Below, piece by piece: positions 1 to 11,780 of a stretch of DNA of 64,000 nucleotides (its first letter is position 1; every line of letters begins with the position of its first letter). Position numbers and translations under genes: made by a program. The DNA lies in assembly GCA_013265495.1 (NCBI GenBank), contig MU058781.1, positions 7,098,522 to 7,162,521 on the forward strand. Direction: 5' to 3'. Source of the stretch: Vicugna vicugna (Eukaryota). A model generated the notes under the pieces. The model worked only from the letters and a program-made list of their open reading frames with translations. It searched no databases and was not told the origin of the DNA.

Positions 1-19
1 AAGAAGCAGCAAGGGCATT

Positions 20-360
20 ACAGAGAGGGGCATGGTGAGAGCAAGGTGGCTGGCAGAGTGATAACCAGCCTAATTAAGAAGCAAAGAACTTGTAGAAGAG
101 AGGAGAGACGGAAAATGACGAGGAAAGAGAGACCCTCGACTGCCAGGCTCAGGAATTGGTGGGTTCTTATTACAGAGGGGAGCTAGGTAAGGGTTCTGAG
201 CATGAGGGAGTGATGTGTACAGAGATACACGTTAGCAGGTTAACCTGACAGCAGTGGATTGCAAGGGAGAAAGCCGGAAGCAGTGTGACCAGTTAGGGGC
301 ATACGGCATTAGTCTAGGTAAAATGAAGACATGGTCCAGAGCAGCGTCTGCAGAGAAAGG
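20..360 (-). mobile_element. L2 LINE fragment (ancient)
   Basis: Purine-rich text resembling antisense L2 ORF2 consensus (gggttctgagcatgagggagtgatg...ggaagcagtgtgaccagttagggg); highly diverged. Confidence 0.6.
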
Positions 361-393
361 AAAAACAAAGCAAGAGAGAAAGATATTTTGCGT

Positions 394-441
394 ACACACA
401 CACACACACACACACATATACATACATATACATACATATAT
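394..441. repeat. (CA)n plus (TACA/TA)n microsatellite
   Basis: Directly visible acacacac...catatacatacatatacatacatata. Confidence 0.95.
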
Positions 442-503
442 GTAGGTAATTCAATAGCATTTTGGTAGTTCTATCACCAAAGCACTACAGAATAAGTGCT
501 TTT

Positions 504-714
504 TTTAAAAACAAATTTAATCTCGTGGGGTTTTTTTTGGCTTACACCTAACTTTACTATTCTTTTTAAATTGGTTTTCTGGGGGGAGGTAATTAGGTGT
601 ATTTATCTATCTATCTATCTATTTTTTTTTTAAATAGAGGTACTGGGGATTGAACCCAGGACCTCATGCATGCTAAGCACGTGCTCTACCCCTGAGCTCT
701 ACCCCTGCCCCCAC
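504..714 (-). mobile_element. Camelid tRNA-derived SINE (vic-1-like) with extended 3' tail
   Basis: Minus strand has tRNA-like A/B boxes (agagctcaggggtagagc...gggttcaatccccagtacctc) and the aacctaattacctcccc-type tail motif (here cacctaattacctcccc); perfect 16-bp TSD cagaataagtgctttt at 488-503 and 715-730, followed by aaaa (TTTT/AA L1 endonuclease site). Confidence 0.9.
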
Positions 715-1949
715 CAGAATAAGTGCTTTTAAAAAGTCTTCCATTTTACTACCATTTTCTTTTTTGAACATAGTATTACTGCACTGAATCTTAAAACCTC
801 TGTCCAATTGCTATTAGTTTTTACCTGGAGCCAGCTTAGAAACGGTTATGCTACTGCGAGGCTTACTCATAGGACTTACCCTGAAATCCTTCTTGAAACA
901 AAGCAGAGAATAAATACAGTTACTCATAGGGCATGATGAAAGAGCCAGATCGAATGCAGAAAAACTGTGTGGGAGATGCATTTCTACTTGGTTTTATAAT
1001 TTGGGTAATTCTTAAGAAAGTAGAGGGCACAGGAGAGTTTCTTATATTAATGGATTCATTAGTATTCAAGAAATGCTTTCAACCCAGCTACCTTCTCCTT
1101 TCTAAGGGGAAGCTGGGAGCACTGAGGTACACAACCAGCTTGACAAAGACCGGAAATGGAGCTGGGTTCTGAAAGTGCTTTCAGGAAGTTAATTGACCAT
1201 GTTGTTTTCATTTGCTTGGAAAGGAATTCCCTTTGAAAGTGCAGTGAGGTGTGTCTTTCCCCTTTCTTAGCTGCCACTCTGTCTGCTAATAAGATAAACT
1301 GATGTAATCTTATGTTACATACTTTAGTATTTATTGTATGTGAAGATCTAAAGCTTGTAACGATACCGCTTAACTCAGTGATTCTATTTTACGAGCAATG
1401 ATTAACCCATTCGCATTAGAGTATTCTTTTGCCCTTTGCCCATGGAAACCATTTGCTCTCTGGATGTCTGTGGACAGTAGCTGTGGGATCCTGGCTTACT
1501 ACAGTTGAACACAGACACCAAGGAGGAGAGAGGAGGAACACTGAATTCTGGATTTCAATTTGGCCTTCTGTTGATACCCATTATTTTAGGAGGAAAAAAC
1601 GGAATTCTTGTTTGAGAAGTTCATTTTAATGTAACCACAGTATCAACTGATATCTTGAGGATTTAGCTCACTTATACAAATTCCTCTTCCTCCCATCTTT
1701 CCTACCTCCTCCCAATGTGGTTACATCCTTTCTATTAATTCCTTTCTTGCTTACTTTTCCAATATTAAGAATTAAAACCTCCATTCCTCTTTCCATCAAA
1801 TATAGACAGTATCTCTTGACTCCCTACTTTATAAAAAGGCGATGAACATCCCTATCCTTGCTTCTACCTCTCCTCCTCACCCTCTCTCAATTTAATTTGT
1901 AAAATCTATCAGTTATACTTTTAATGTTTTTAGTAAAAACGAAAGAGGA

Positions 1950-2150
1950 AGTACAGTGTAGTGGTTATGAACTCTGCTTCTGAAGCCAAATCATCTTTAG
2001 GTTTGACCGACTCATTACTATCTGTGTGACCTTGGGCAAGTTATGTAACCACACTATGCCTTGCTTTTCCTATCTGTAAAATAGGAACAGAGGCTGTTTC
2101 TAACTTCAGTATCTGATCCATAATAAGTTCTCAATAAGTTGTTATTACTG
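1950..2150 (+). mobile_element. MIR SINE
   Basis: MIR core ctgtgtgaccttgggcaagtta...ttttcctatctgtaaaatagg and 3' end ctcaataagttgttattact. Confidence 0.8.
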
Positions 2151-2199
2151 TTATTTTTATTTCTATTATCAATACTTTTCAAGACAGAAAATACTTGTT

Positions 2200-3560
2200 T
2201 TTTGATTTTGTCTTTATGCTTTCATTTTCAATAGTTTGAGTCTAAAAATGGAAACCTAGTAAATATTTTCACTTTTGTAAATATTTATTTGTAAGAGTCA
2301 AGCTGTGTGGTTTGATTATATTTCCTTAATAAGAGAAACAAAGGTGAATGCTCAGGTGGATTGTTCTTCCTAGTCCTTCAGCAATTGTTAAAAATGCTAC
2401 GCTTTCCATACTTTTTGTTTCTCCTGGAGTTTCTGAGTGTCTTTCCTTTCTCTACCTGATAAAAGAAACATTAATTGGTCATTAGATCATTATCATTTTT
2501 AATATCCTTAATCATTTCTGTATTTCGCTTAAAGCTTATTCTGTTCTTTGTTTCAGAATCCATCAAGGTGCTGCTCTAATTGTTGATTTCCTTTCTATGA
2601 GTACATTGGCCAACTTTTTGCTTTTCCCTGAGTATATTTTATGGTTTTTTTTTTATTACACTTGTGAATTTTATTGCATATTCAAGTCCTTCTTCTCAAA
2701 TCCCGTCTATTTTACGGTGTTGACTCTTCCCTCAGTGACCTCCCTCCGGAGCCTCCCTTTTCCCTGCCTCAGCTCCAGGGCTGTCATGCTGAGACCTCTC
2801 TTCCTGCTGCTGCTTCTGACCTACTCTTTCCTGGATCGCATGTCTTCTTTTTTTTTGGTTTAGCCCCTTGCTTTGCTGGAGTAAGTCTTCAACTAAAATG
2901 TGTGGAAGGCAAACTTTCCTAGTCATTGCTTGTCTGAAATTTCTTTAGCCGTCCCTCACAACAGAGAGTTTGGCTCAGTATTGAATTTTAGATTGTAAAT
3001 TCTTTTCCCTCAGAATTCTGAAGACATTAATTCCATATCTTCCAAAATCTAGTTCATTTGTAGCAGACTTGTTTTTTCTCTGTTTTTAACTTCCACAGTA
3101 ATGTTTATAGTTACAAGTACTTTTCCTTCATCCTCCTTCTTAGCTGATAAATCTTTTCCGTGTGAAGACACATTTTCTTCTTAAGCCCCAGGAAATTTCC
3201 TTCTATTATTTCTTTGCCTCCATCTTCTCTTATTAAACTCCTATTAGGTATGAAATCCTCTGTTTTGATCCCACATGCTTCATCTTTCCTCCCATGGTTT
3301 CCGTCTTTCTGTTCTCCTTTATGGGAAGCTTCTTTTACTGTTACTTTTCAACTGTTCTCTTTTATTGTGCATCTTTGCAATCACGTTTTTAATCTCCAGG
3401 AGTTATTTTTTATTTTCCTATTCTCCTTTTCCATAGCATCCTGTTAGGGACATCATATCTATTCTAATCTCTCTAAGGATACTAGTTAGAATTTTACCTG
3501 TAAAAAAGTTTGCCATAGTTTGCTTCTCTCAAATGTTTGATGCTTCTTGGCTGTCCATTC
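2200..3560 (-). mobile_element. Ancient L1 (L1ME/HAL1-like) fragments
   Basis: T-rich strand; agtttggctcagtattgaattttagattg...ttttccctcagaattctgaagaca resembles antisense old L1 ORF1-region consensus; boundaries uncertain. Confidence 0.5.
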
Positions 3561-3779
3561 ACATTTAGATGAGTGAATTAAATGATCAGGAATCCTGAGG
3601 GGTTCTGACAGTGGGACAATATTAGATGAAGGCAGTAATTTTTGATTGGTGAGCTACACATCCTTGTAGGAATGGGCAATTGATTATGACTGTCATAAAT
3701 TCTAAATAATGACAGACCTATAGTGGTAAGCCATCATTTGGTAAATGGTTTTATTTTTCTGTTTAATAGATTTAAAACA

Positions 3780-3945
3780 ATAATCTTTAATCCAGGAAGT
3801 ATAGAGCCCAAGGGGGTCCCTGGGAGGTTCTCAGGAAGCCTGGCAGTACTAGAATTGTATGTAAAATTGTGTTGCATATGTATTTTTCTGGAAAGAGGTT
3901 TTCACAATCTTTAGGAGGCTGTGACAGTACAAAGATTAACAGTGT
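3780..3945. mobile_element. hAT-Charlie-type non-autonomous DNA transposon remnant
   Basis: aaaattgtgttgcatatgtatttttctggaaagagg...ggctgtgac...aaagattaa resembles MER-type hAT MITE; subfamily not certain. Confidence 0.45.
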
Positions 3946-5723
3946 TCAGTGGGAACATTTATCCTTTAAATTCTGGTCAACTGGTATTTCTGCATAATGC
4001 TGGAATTAGAAGAAAGCATTTTTTTTGTTAGTTTTTAGTAAGAGGGAAAATTTTGCTTTCTCCTACAAATAATGGATTTAAGAGTGTGTTTAGGTATAGC
4101 TGACAATTATGAGCTTAGGGCTAAGGCATATTTCTTACTGAAAACTCATTTCTTACTCATGACCTGGAAGCCCAGAAGAGAATATTAACTAGTTTCCAAT
4201 GTGCGTGGTGGCAGGATGAACATAAGAACATGATCTCTCCTTCTGACCACCCAAGTGGCCAGCTATGCTGAATGTTTTTTACTGTACCTTCAAGTTTTGG
4301 GTTCAAACTAGCTAAATCAGGGTCTTCTAGAGGTTTCTCTAAATAAGCTAGTGAGCACTTACCTGTCCCTAAACAAAACCCGCAGACTTGCCTGTCTAAT
4401 TTTGGCAGTCAAAGCCCCGTGGCTGCTAGCAAGTTTGCCTCTACTTTGATCTGCTATGTGTATGACACTATATTTTTTGGCTGCTCTAAAGCAGACTGCC
4501 AATTAGATCCAAATGTGTCAGACAGCCTCGGAGAGGGTACTAGTGGCCAAGTTTCCATTCGTGGTTACTACTGATTGATGCCTGCAGCATTCTATTCATT
4601 TAGAAGTAGAAACCTATTCTCATCTGTAATCTTGGGGTTGGGAGTGGAGATAATGGTGGGGTTGGAGGGGAGAAAGTCTCAGAACACAAATAAATCTCTT
4701 CATATCTCTCAACTTTTAACTTTTGTTTTTCCTTTAACACAGGAAAGACTCAGAATAGTAGGAAGTTGTGATTCTGTTGTTCAGATTAGCGTATACTTTC
4801 TAGTTTCTTAGGTATAGAAGGATGAAGGAAAGAGGAAAGAACGTCTCACTTTCTGGAAAACAGCTCTGTGCCTGCGATTGTGTTAGATACTTTAACATGT
4901 GACCACAGGTCTAGAAAACAGGAGTTAGCATTCTGCACACTGTTGAGGCACTCACGGTTCAGAGAAGACGAATACCCTCTTTTCCACTGTATACGTTATT
5001 AGTGGCATAACAGATTTACACAGGTGTCTACTGGATTCAAGGTGTCTGGGCTATTTGTACTCCACTGTACAATAATGTGAGTGATTATGGGGTTAATCCC
5101 TCTAGCAACTGAAAAGAGCTTGGAAAAAGCCTCCAGTGCACAATGAAGAGGAGGAAACTTAGTCTAGAAGCTTACCTGTGGGTCAGCACAGAGCAATATA
5201 GAAAAAATTAAACCAGGAACCTCATTTCTAGACGTCAGCCTTTGGATTAATACTTAGACATGGGCTGGGTTTATTTTTCTTTTCTAATCCTGGACTATAG
5301 TTTCTTGAAATCAGATCATTGTTCTGAGAACTAAACTACGCCAAGGGGAAGGATGGAGGAGAAAAAACAAAACAAAAGAAAACTCTCTTCTTTGTTAATG
5401 AGTCACATTGTCTGCACTTAGTTTTTCATTGACACCAGCTGGGGTGGTTTTTGCCCATCTCTCAAGGAGAAGCCTAATGATGACTCACGGGGTCTGCATC
5501 TCATCTGTGGTACCAATTGATTCTGGAAACTCCAAATGCATTCAACTGAATGTATGTTTAAAACCATTGTTTTTCTTTCTCCCCCATGCTTTTTTGGGAG
5601 GAGTGGAATCTGATATTAGGGACCGTGTTACACAAAAGTTGGTGGAGTATACTTCACTCCAGCTCTCCAGAAAAGGGAGGTTTATTGTAACCAGAACGTT
5701 TAGCTGTGATGAAGAGCCTCAAG

Positions 5724-5948
5724 CAGAGGTTGGCAAACTTTTTCTGTCAAATGCCAGATAGTAAATATTTTAGGCTTTGGAGGCCATATGGTTTCTGTGG
5801 CAACTTCTCAACTCTGTTGTTGTAGTGTGAAGGCAGCCACAGACAATATGTAAACACATAGGTGCAGCTGTATGCCAATAAAACTTTATTTACAAAAACA
5901 GCAAAGGGGGCCAGATTTGGCCTGTGAGCTCTACTTTGCCAAACCCTA
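5724..5948 (+). mobile_element. MER58A-like hAT-Charlie MITE
   Basis: TIRs cagaggttggcaaa...tttgccaaaccct; internal ccagatagtaaatattttaggctt and ccaataaaactttatttacaaaaacag; degenerate 8-bp TSD gcctcaag/gcctagag. Confidence 0.88.
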
Positions 5949-6066
5949 GCCTAGAGTATGTCTCAAGTTTTTCTACACATATAATACCTACTACCAAGCA
6001 CACAGTAAGTACTCTAAGCTTTTTTTGATGACTAAATGCATATATGAAGGAAGAGCAGAGCTCTTC

Positions 6067-6417
6067 TGCTATGGTCTGAATTTATATGTTGAGATTCATA
6101 TATTGGAAACCTAATGCACAGGGTGATGGTATTTGGAGGTGGGCCTTTGGAAGATGATTAGGTCATGAGGGTGGAGCCCTCATGAATGGGATTAGTGCCC
6201 TTATGAAAGTGACCCCAGAGAGCTAGCTTGACCCTCTACCATGTGAAGACACAGTGAGAAGCTGGCAGTCTGCAACCTGGAAGAGAGTTTTCACCAGAAC
6301 CCTACTATATTGGCACCCTGACTTCGGAGCTTCCAGCCTCCAGAATGATGACAAGTAAATTTCTGTTGTTGATAAGTCTGTGGCATTTTGCTATAGCAGC
6401 CAGAATAGACTAAAACA
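6067..6417 (+). mobile_element. MLT1A-like solo LTR (ERVL-MaLR)
   Basis: TG...CA ends (tgctatggtctgaat...gactaaaaca), typical gagccctcatgaatgggattagtgccctt, 5-bp TSD tcttc/tcttg. Confidence 0.9.
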
Positions 6418-6671
6418 TCTTGCCAGACTTTATTACTATCAACTGTGTTATAAATTAAGGAAGGTGTTGGTAGGAATAGACTCAGTTTATAGGCAGAAGA
6501 ATAAAACATGAGACATTAGGGCCCCTAGAAGTTACAGGGTAGTTTTCATAGAATTCATGCTTCTTGGCTCTATTCAATGCTGCATTTATTGAGCTCCCTT
6601 GGTTTTATATTATTTTAACATTTATTCTAAAGAAAGCTACTTCTTTCAAAGAAAATGCTATTAGTTCCTGC

Positions 6672-6900
6672 TGTATCAGATAAGCTTCTCTGTGTTGTAA
6701 GAAATGGAAAACTCAGTTCAAACAGGTTTAAACAATACTGGGAATTTGTTGGCTGATGAACTTGAAAAGTCCTGATAGAAAGCAGGTTTCCAGACAGGCT
6801 TGATTCAGTCACTCAAAGTTACCAAGGACCCAGTTCCTCTTTGCCTCTGTTGTGCCTGCCACCTCGTCATCTTCACTCTCAGGTTCTACCCTGTGGGATA
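6672..6900 (-). mobile_element. Old MLT1 (MLT1K/L-like) LTR fragment
   Basis: aaaactcagttcaaacaggtttaaacaa...aacttgaaaagtcc...ttccagacaggcttgattcag resembles MLT1K/L antisense. Confidence 0.55.
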
Positions 6901-7079
6901 TCCCTCAAGGTTTTCTTGTTTGGGGATGGCAGAGTGGGGAAAATGAACTTCTTCTCAAGTTTCTGCTACTCTTGACCAATGAAAGAAACAACATGGAGAA
7001 GTATGGACTAACACGTGTCCTGGTTTGGGCACGGGGAGCAGAATGAAATTAGGCAAGTCAGTTCAATATTTGGTGATCT

Positions 7080-7600
7080 TGAGAACAGGGAACAAGCCAA
7101 AGTGTAGATGCATTCTAGCGAAAAGAGCACCATGGAGGTATGTAAGAGCCTAGCAGGGATGCTGAGCACAAAGCCATTTAGAGTTACTGGAATCCTGGGA
7201 GAAGTCGGGACATAAGGGTGGTTGGACAGGTAGGAAAGAACCAAACCCTGAAGCCACCGGAAGGAGTCGGCTTTTATCGCCAAGATGAATGGGCATTGCT
7301 GAAGAGTTTTGAGCAAGGGGCTGATGAAATTGGACTTGAATGTTAGGAAAATGATTCTGACAGCTTTGTGGAAGGAGGTTCCGGGAGAGGCAGGAAGAAA
7401 AGCAATGAACCTAATACAATCAGCTGCATATAGTTTAGGAACAACAGGATGAAGAAGAAATGAAGAGGAAGAGAGCCATTAAGATAGAATTAATCCACTC
7501 TATATGGGGGAAAGTGAAGCAACTGGAATGACTTCCAGCTTCTGTTTCAGAAGCTGGGCCCAAGGTGGGGCCATGAACCATGATGGATATGAATAAACAC
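7080..7600 (-). mobile_element. L2 LINE fragment
   Basis: gaagagttttgagcaaggggctgatgaaattggacttgaatgttaggaaaatgattctgacagc resembles antisense L2. Confidence 0.65.
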
Positions 7601-7899
7601 CTCACTGTGCCTTTGGTTTTGAAGACATGTATGAGAGTCTGGGATGTATCATGTATTTTTCCAGATATATTGGAAGAGGAGAAGAACCCTAATAGAGGTG
7701 ACAGTCCCCACGTAGTATCCTAGTCGCTCAAGCCAGGGTGAGGTCTCTGCAAAGTTCTGTGACTTGTTTAAAGCCTTAGTTCCCACCGCCTGTGAGAAGT
7801 GCAGACTGCTGGCCAGACTGAATTCAAATGCAGCCACGGAGGCCCCGGGGCTACTCGGCCTCATCAAATAAGCCCTGGGTAGAACCAAATCGTTGTGGA

Positions 7900-8330
7900 G
7901 GGAGATTGGCCTGTCTGTCTAATCTCCTTAGGCTGCTCTTGCTAACAGAACAAATTCTAATCGGCAAAGCCACCTGGCCCTGAAAAGGAAAAAAAAAAAA
8001 GCCTTTCTTTTTGGTTTTGTAAAGAGCCTGGCAGGAGGATTCACCATATGCAAATGCCTTAGGCAACCCAGTGGGGAGGGACAGGAGGGCGCCAGTCCCG
8101 AGCCCTCTGTCCATCTGTGACTCAGCCAGGCCTCACAAAGAGCATTCTCCAAACCTGCAAGGGAAGAAACAGAATTGAAAGGAGCCTCGTCATTGTTCTG
8201 GCCGTGGGAACATATGTCAGCAACATTGTTCCAGCCGCTGCAAAAAGGTTCCCAGCATTGCTTCCCAGGCAACGACATGCATTAAACTGGTGACAGTCGC
8301 AGCTGCCGGACCAGCCTGCAAGTGACCAGA
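7900..8330. promoter_or_regulatory. Candidate enhancer (POU/SOX/RFX/bHLH/AP-1 motif cluster)
   Basis: ATGCAAAT 8048-8055, CATATG 8045 and 8211, CATTGTT 8191 and 8224, RFX half sites taggcaac 8060 and caggcaac 8266, TGACTCAG 8118, all in unique sequence. Confidence 0.45.
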
Positions 8331-9107
8331 GGAAGGGGGGATGCTCAGAGAGAACAGTGTGGGCAGTCACGCCTGGGCAGGACGCCCTCCCCTTTTTCAG
8401 GGTCTCAGCTCAGCCTGCCTCCAAAGACCTGAATGTTCAGAAATTGTAGGCGGGAGGCAAAGGGAAAATGTGATTTAATCAAGACTGGTTCTTTAGTTAG
8501 AAAATGCTTTGGGATTATGGTAAAAAGGATTCTAAATTGAAATGCAGTGTCGTTCTCATTAGCGATCCAGGAAGACTTTGAAAGCTCCAGAGTGAGTGAG
8601 TTGCTCTTCAGGTAAAACCAGTATCTCAGTCAAGGCAAAGAGGTGGCACAGCGCTAGGCTAACAGGCGGACGTGGCAGACGGGGAGATGGAGTACAGCTC
8701 AGAATGTTCCAGAAGGAAGCTTTTCAGTTTCTCTCTAGTTTCCTTTCTTCTCTGGACCTTCTGTTTCTTTCCTGTCTTAAAGTGCTCTTTCCTGATATTA
8801 TGGAGAAGTAAGAAGTCCCTAGACTTGGTATTAGGCACAGAGGAACAACTGCAGTGGTACGGGGAGCTCTGGTCCAGCCAGTTCAACAGCCTGTGTTGAC
8901 TGTTGATGACGGGTCAGGGACTGTGTTCTGAACGAAGCTCAGGGGAGGCGTGATAACAGTTGAGACACAGTCCACTCCTCTCAAGGCGCTCACTGCCTTG
9001 GGGGGAGGTAATTGTAACACACGTCAGAACGTAGTAAGGGATCTGGGAGAGGTGCCAGCAAGATAGCTGGTAATGCAGAGACAAGTAGAAGTGTTCTGCC
9101 GAGACCT

Positions 9108-9330
9108 CAGAGACAAACTACCATCTGCAAAATAGATAAACAACAAGGACCTACTGTAGAGCAACAACAGTCAATAGGTTGTCATTACCTATAATGAAAT
9201 AGAATATGAAAAAGTATGTATATATATATATATATATATATATAAAACTGAATCACTATGCTGTACACCAGAAACTAAAGCAACATTGTAAATAAACTAT
9301 ATACTTCAGTGAAAAGCAGACCAAAAAAAA
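9108..9330 (+). mobile_element. L1 3' UTR fragment (cetartiodactyl type) with internal (TA)n
   Basis: aaatagataaacaacaaggacctactgtagagca...aactgaatcactatgctgtacaccagaaacta...acattgtaaataaactata then A-rich tail. Confidence 0.85.
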
Positions 9331-9692
9331 GTAGCAAGCTCATTTTATAGTGATTTAGATTAAATTTATGTATTACATAAATATATATAGATCAATAGAG
9401 ATTTTAAAAAAGAGGGAGCTGGGGAAGTTTCAGGAAAGAACTAACAAGGGGGGAGAGCCAGGGAAAGACAGACAGTGAGAACAGACAGTATTGTTGATGA
9501 GAGGAACGAGAAGTTTCTGAGAGGAAATATTGCTGTGAAAATCCCATCAGGATGGGTGACGCAGCCACCTGTGATTAACCTGCTTCCCTCAGGGTATTGG
9601 AATTTGGGACTGTTGATCTTTCATAGCTAGAAAACTTAACACCTGACTGAGAGTTTGAAACAGGCTAAGCCAGAGCTCATCCTCACTGAGGT

Positions 9693-9706
9693 GTTTCCAT
9701 AGGAAC
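9693..9706. promoter_or_regulatory. RFX X-box motif
   Basis: gtttccataggaac matches GTTNCCATRGNAAC exactly; function untested. Confidence 0.35.
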
Positions 9707-10249
9707 AGATGAAAGACAAAGGCCTTTGACCTTTCGGAATTAAACGACTAAACCAGAAAAGGAGAAGAGTGGAGCTTTTCCTGGTCTGTTTCTCCCTAGT
9801 GAATATTTACGGAGAGTCCTTCCTGGGTGCTGTGGAAACCACGTGGTCCCCAGGAATGCGGAGTCCCACAGAGGAGATACAGAAGCTGTTTTTATCGCTT
9901 AGAATATGCGACTGATGCTTTTCCGAGACCCTGAAGGCACTGAAACTGTTCATCTAAGAAAACACTTCTCTCAGGCCTCGACCCTGGGCAAGCCAAGACA
10001 AATAAGTCCTTCCAGAGGTCTTGTTTCATCTATTCTTTGAGACACCTGTTTCTGAACACTTGAGTGAATTATAGGTTTGCCTCATTTCGGTTCAGTGACT
10101 GCTTCTGAAGATGACTCGCTTGGATTGTTAGGTAGTATTTTTCAGGGTCGACAGAGCCCCTCCCAAGAAAGGAGGGAGAAAGCGGAGGCCATCCCTAAAG
10201 CCCTACAGAAGGGGTGCTGTGGGGTGGGGCGTGTGGACCGGGCAGGAAG

Positions 10250-10460
10250 CCACATTTATTGTATAGCTTTATCCTCGGGGCACGGTGCTAGGGACCTTGT
10301 AGGCAATATCTTCTTTAATCTTCAAGACTCTTGAATGAAATAGGAGGTATCGCTACAGAATGATGTAGAAATCGAGACTCTGAGAGGTTGAGCAACTTGC
10401 CTATAAAACCCGTCTACTCAGCAATGATGCAGCCATGATTCATAGGCTGTAATCCAGGGC
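10250..10460 (-). mobile_element. MIR SINE
   Basis: cacatttattg...ggcacggtgctagg...tttaatcttca...gaaatcgagactctgagaggttgagcaacttgcc. Confidence 0.7.
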
Positions 10461-11287
10461 TTCCGCCAGCCTGCCCGGGCCGCTCCCGGGGCAAGAGCCG
10501 CTCTATTGGAAAGCAAACAATACAGCTCTTTCACTGGGCTAATACCAGGGTGAAAAAGAGGGTGCAAAAGTACCACTCCACCAGCAACCTTGCTACTGCC
10601 AGGGCAAAACTTTCAAATATTTTTTGTCCACCACTGTAGTAAGAAGTAGATGTGACACGAGGACCCAGTACAGTTTTACACATTAACATTTCAGAAGTTT
10701 CATGAAACATGCTTATGTTTATTAAGTGCGAGGCTCTCTGTTTTTCAACTGGAGTAATCTGTTCTGTTGGTTCTTGGTTCGATGAGAAATCAACGGCTGA
10801 TCCTGGCTCTCCAGGGTGGGGGTGGCCTGCTTGGTGACAGCGCTCACTGCGGGTAACAAACTGGCGGTTTGTTTGTAATTTTGGACAAAGGAATTCTGAC
10901 AACCCCTTTCTTCTTCTGCACCTATGCCTCTGGCTAAAAACACCATGTTACCCTCTTATGATTTATTTTTCCCTGAAAGGCTGTCTGGTTCTGTTGTTCG
11001 CAAAAGAAAGAGGTAAAACTGCTTAGCTATTTCCAAGAGCCTTTTCATCCAACTTATGTGAAAGGCTACACCCCGGGGTGGGTTCTAGCTTCTCCAACCT
11101 TCCTGGGGTTACTAAGGGCTCCAGGCAGCCCTCAGTCAAGAGGGAGTTTTGAATGTGAGGAAGCTGACCACGTCTGCTTTCTAAAGTTATTTTCCTTGTC
11201 CAGGCCATGCATAGAGGTTCTTGCTTAGGACTCCTACCTGGGAGTGACTAGAACTTTTAAAGCAGCGCGCTTTTACTTTAATCACAG

Positions 11288-11392
11288 ACATTCTGCTCGA
11301 TTTGATGGCCTCGAACACGAAATGTTTGAGAGCACTGGAGAGAGTGAGGTGGTGTTTAATGAGGTGGATTTTATGATTCCATCTACCCTGAG
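11288..11392 (+). other. Candidate internal exon (105 nt, one open frame)
   Basis: ttttactttaatcacag| ... gag|gtgaga; frame HSARFDGLEHEMFESTGESEVVFNEVDFMIPSTL; no homology recognised. Confidence 0.2.
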
Positions 11393-11649
11393 GTGAGAGG
11401 CTCCCACCAGAGGATCATGTTTGCCAGATGTGTGGAAAGAAACCTGTGGGAATAATCTTTTTGAAGGCACTTCATGTGCTGTGAAGTGCTGGACAAATAC
11501 GAGCAATTATTGGGACTAGGTGGGATGCTGAGCAAGGGCCAGGCGCTCCCTCCTGTCTGCAAAAGGTGGCAGGCCTTCTCTTGACACAGGTGGGGCTTGT
11601 GACAAATGGTTGCTCTTCACCTGACCACAAAAACTGTTGCTCTTTTTCT

Positions 11650-11780
11650 GATCAATAAATCCAATACGTATTGATTCCCTGTTACATGCTAAGTATTGTG
11701 CCAGGCTTTGTGGAGGCTGAAACCAAATAAGATGTGGTCTCTTCCCTTTTAAGTGCTTATAATTGATATTCAGGGAGAAG
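11650..11780 (-). mobile_element. L2 3' end fragment
   Basis: tattgattccctgttacatgctaagtattgtgccaggc...aaataagatgtggtctcttccc resembles L2 3' end antisense. Confidence 0.55.

Noticed and set aside
640..714. tRNA gene
   Set aside because: The tRNA-like boxes are the head of a TSD-flanked SINE; the same applies at 55590-55663.
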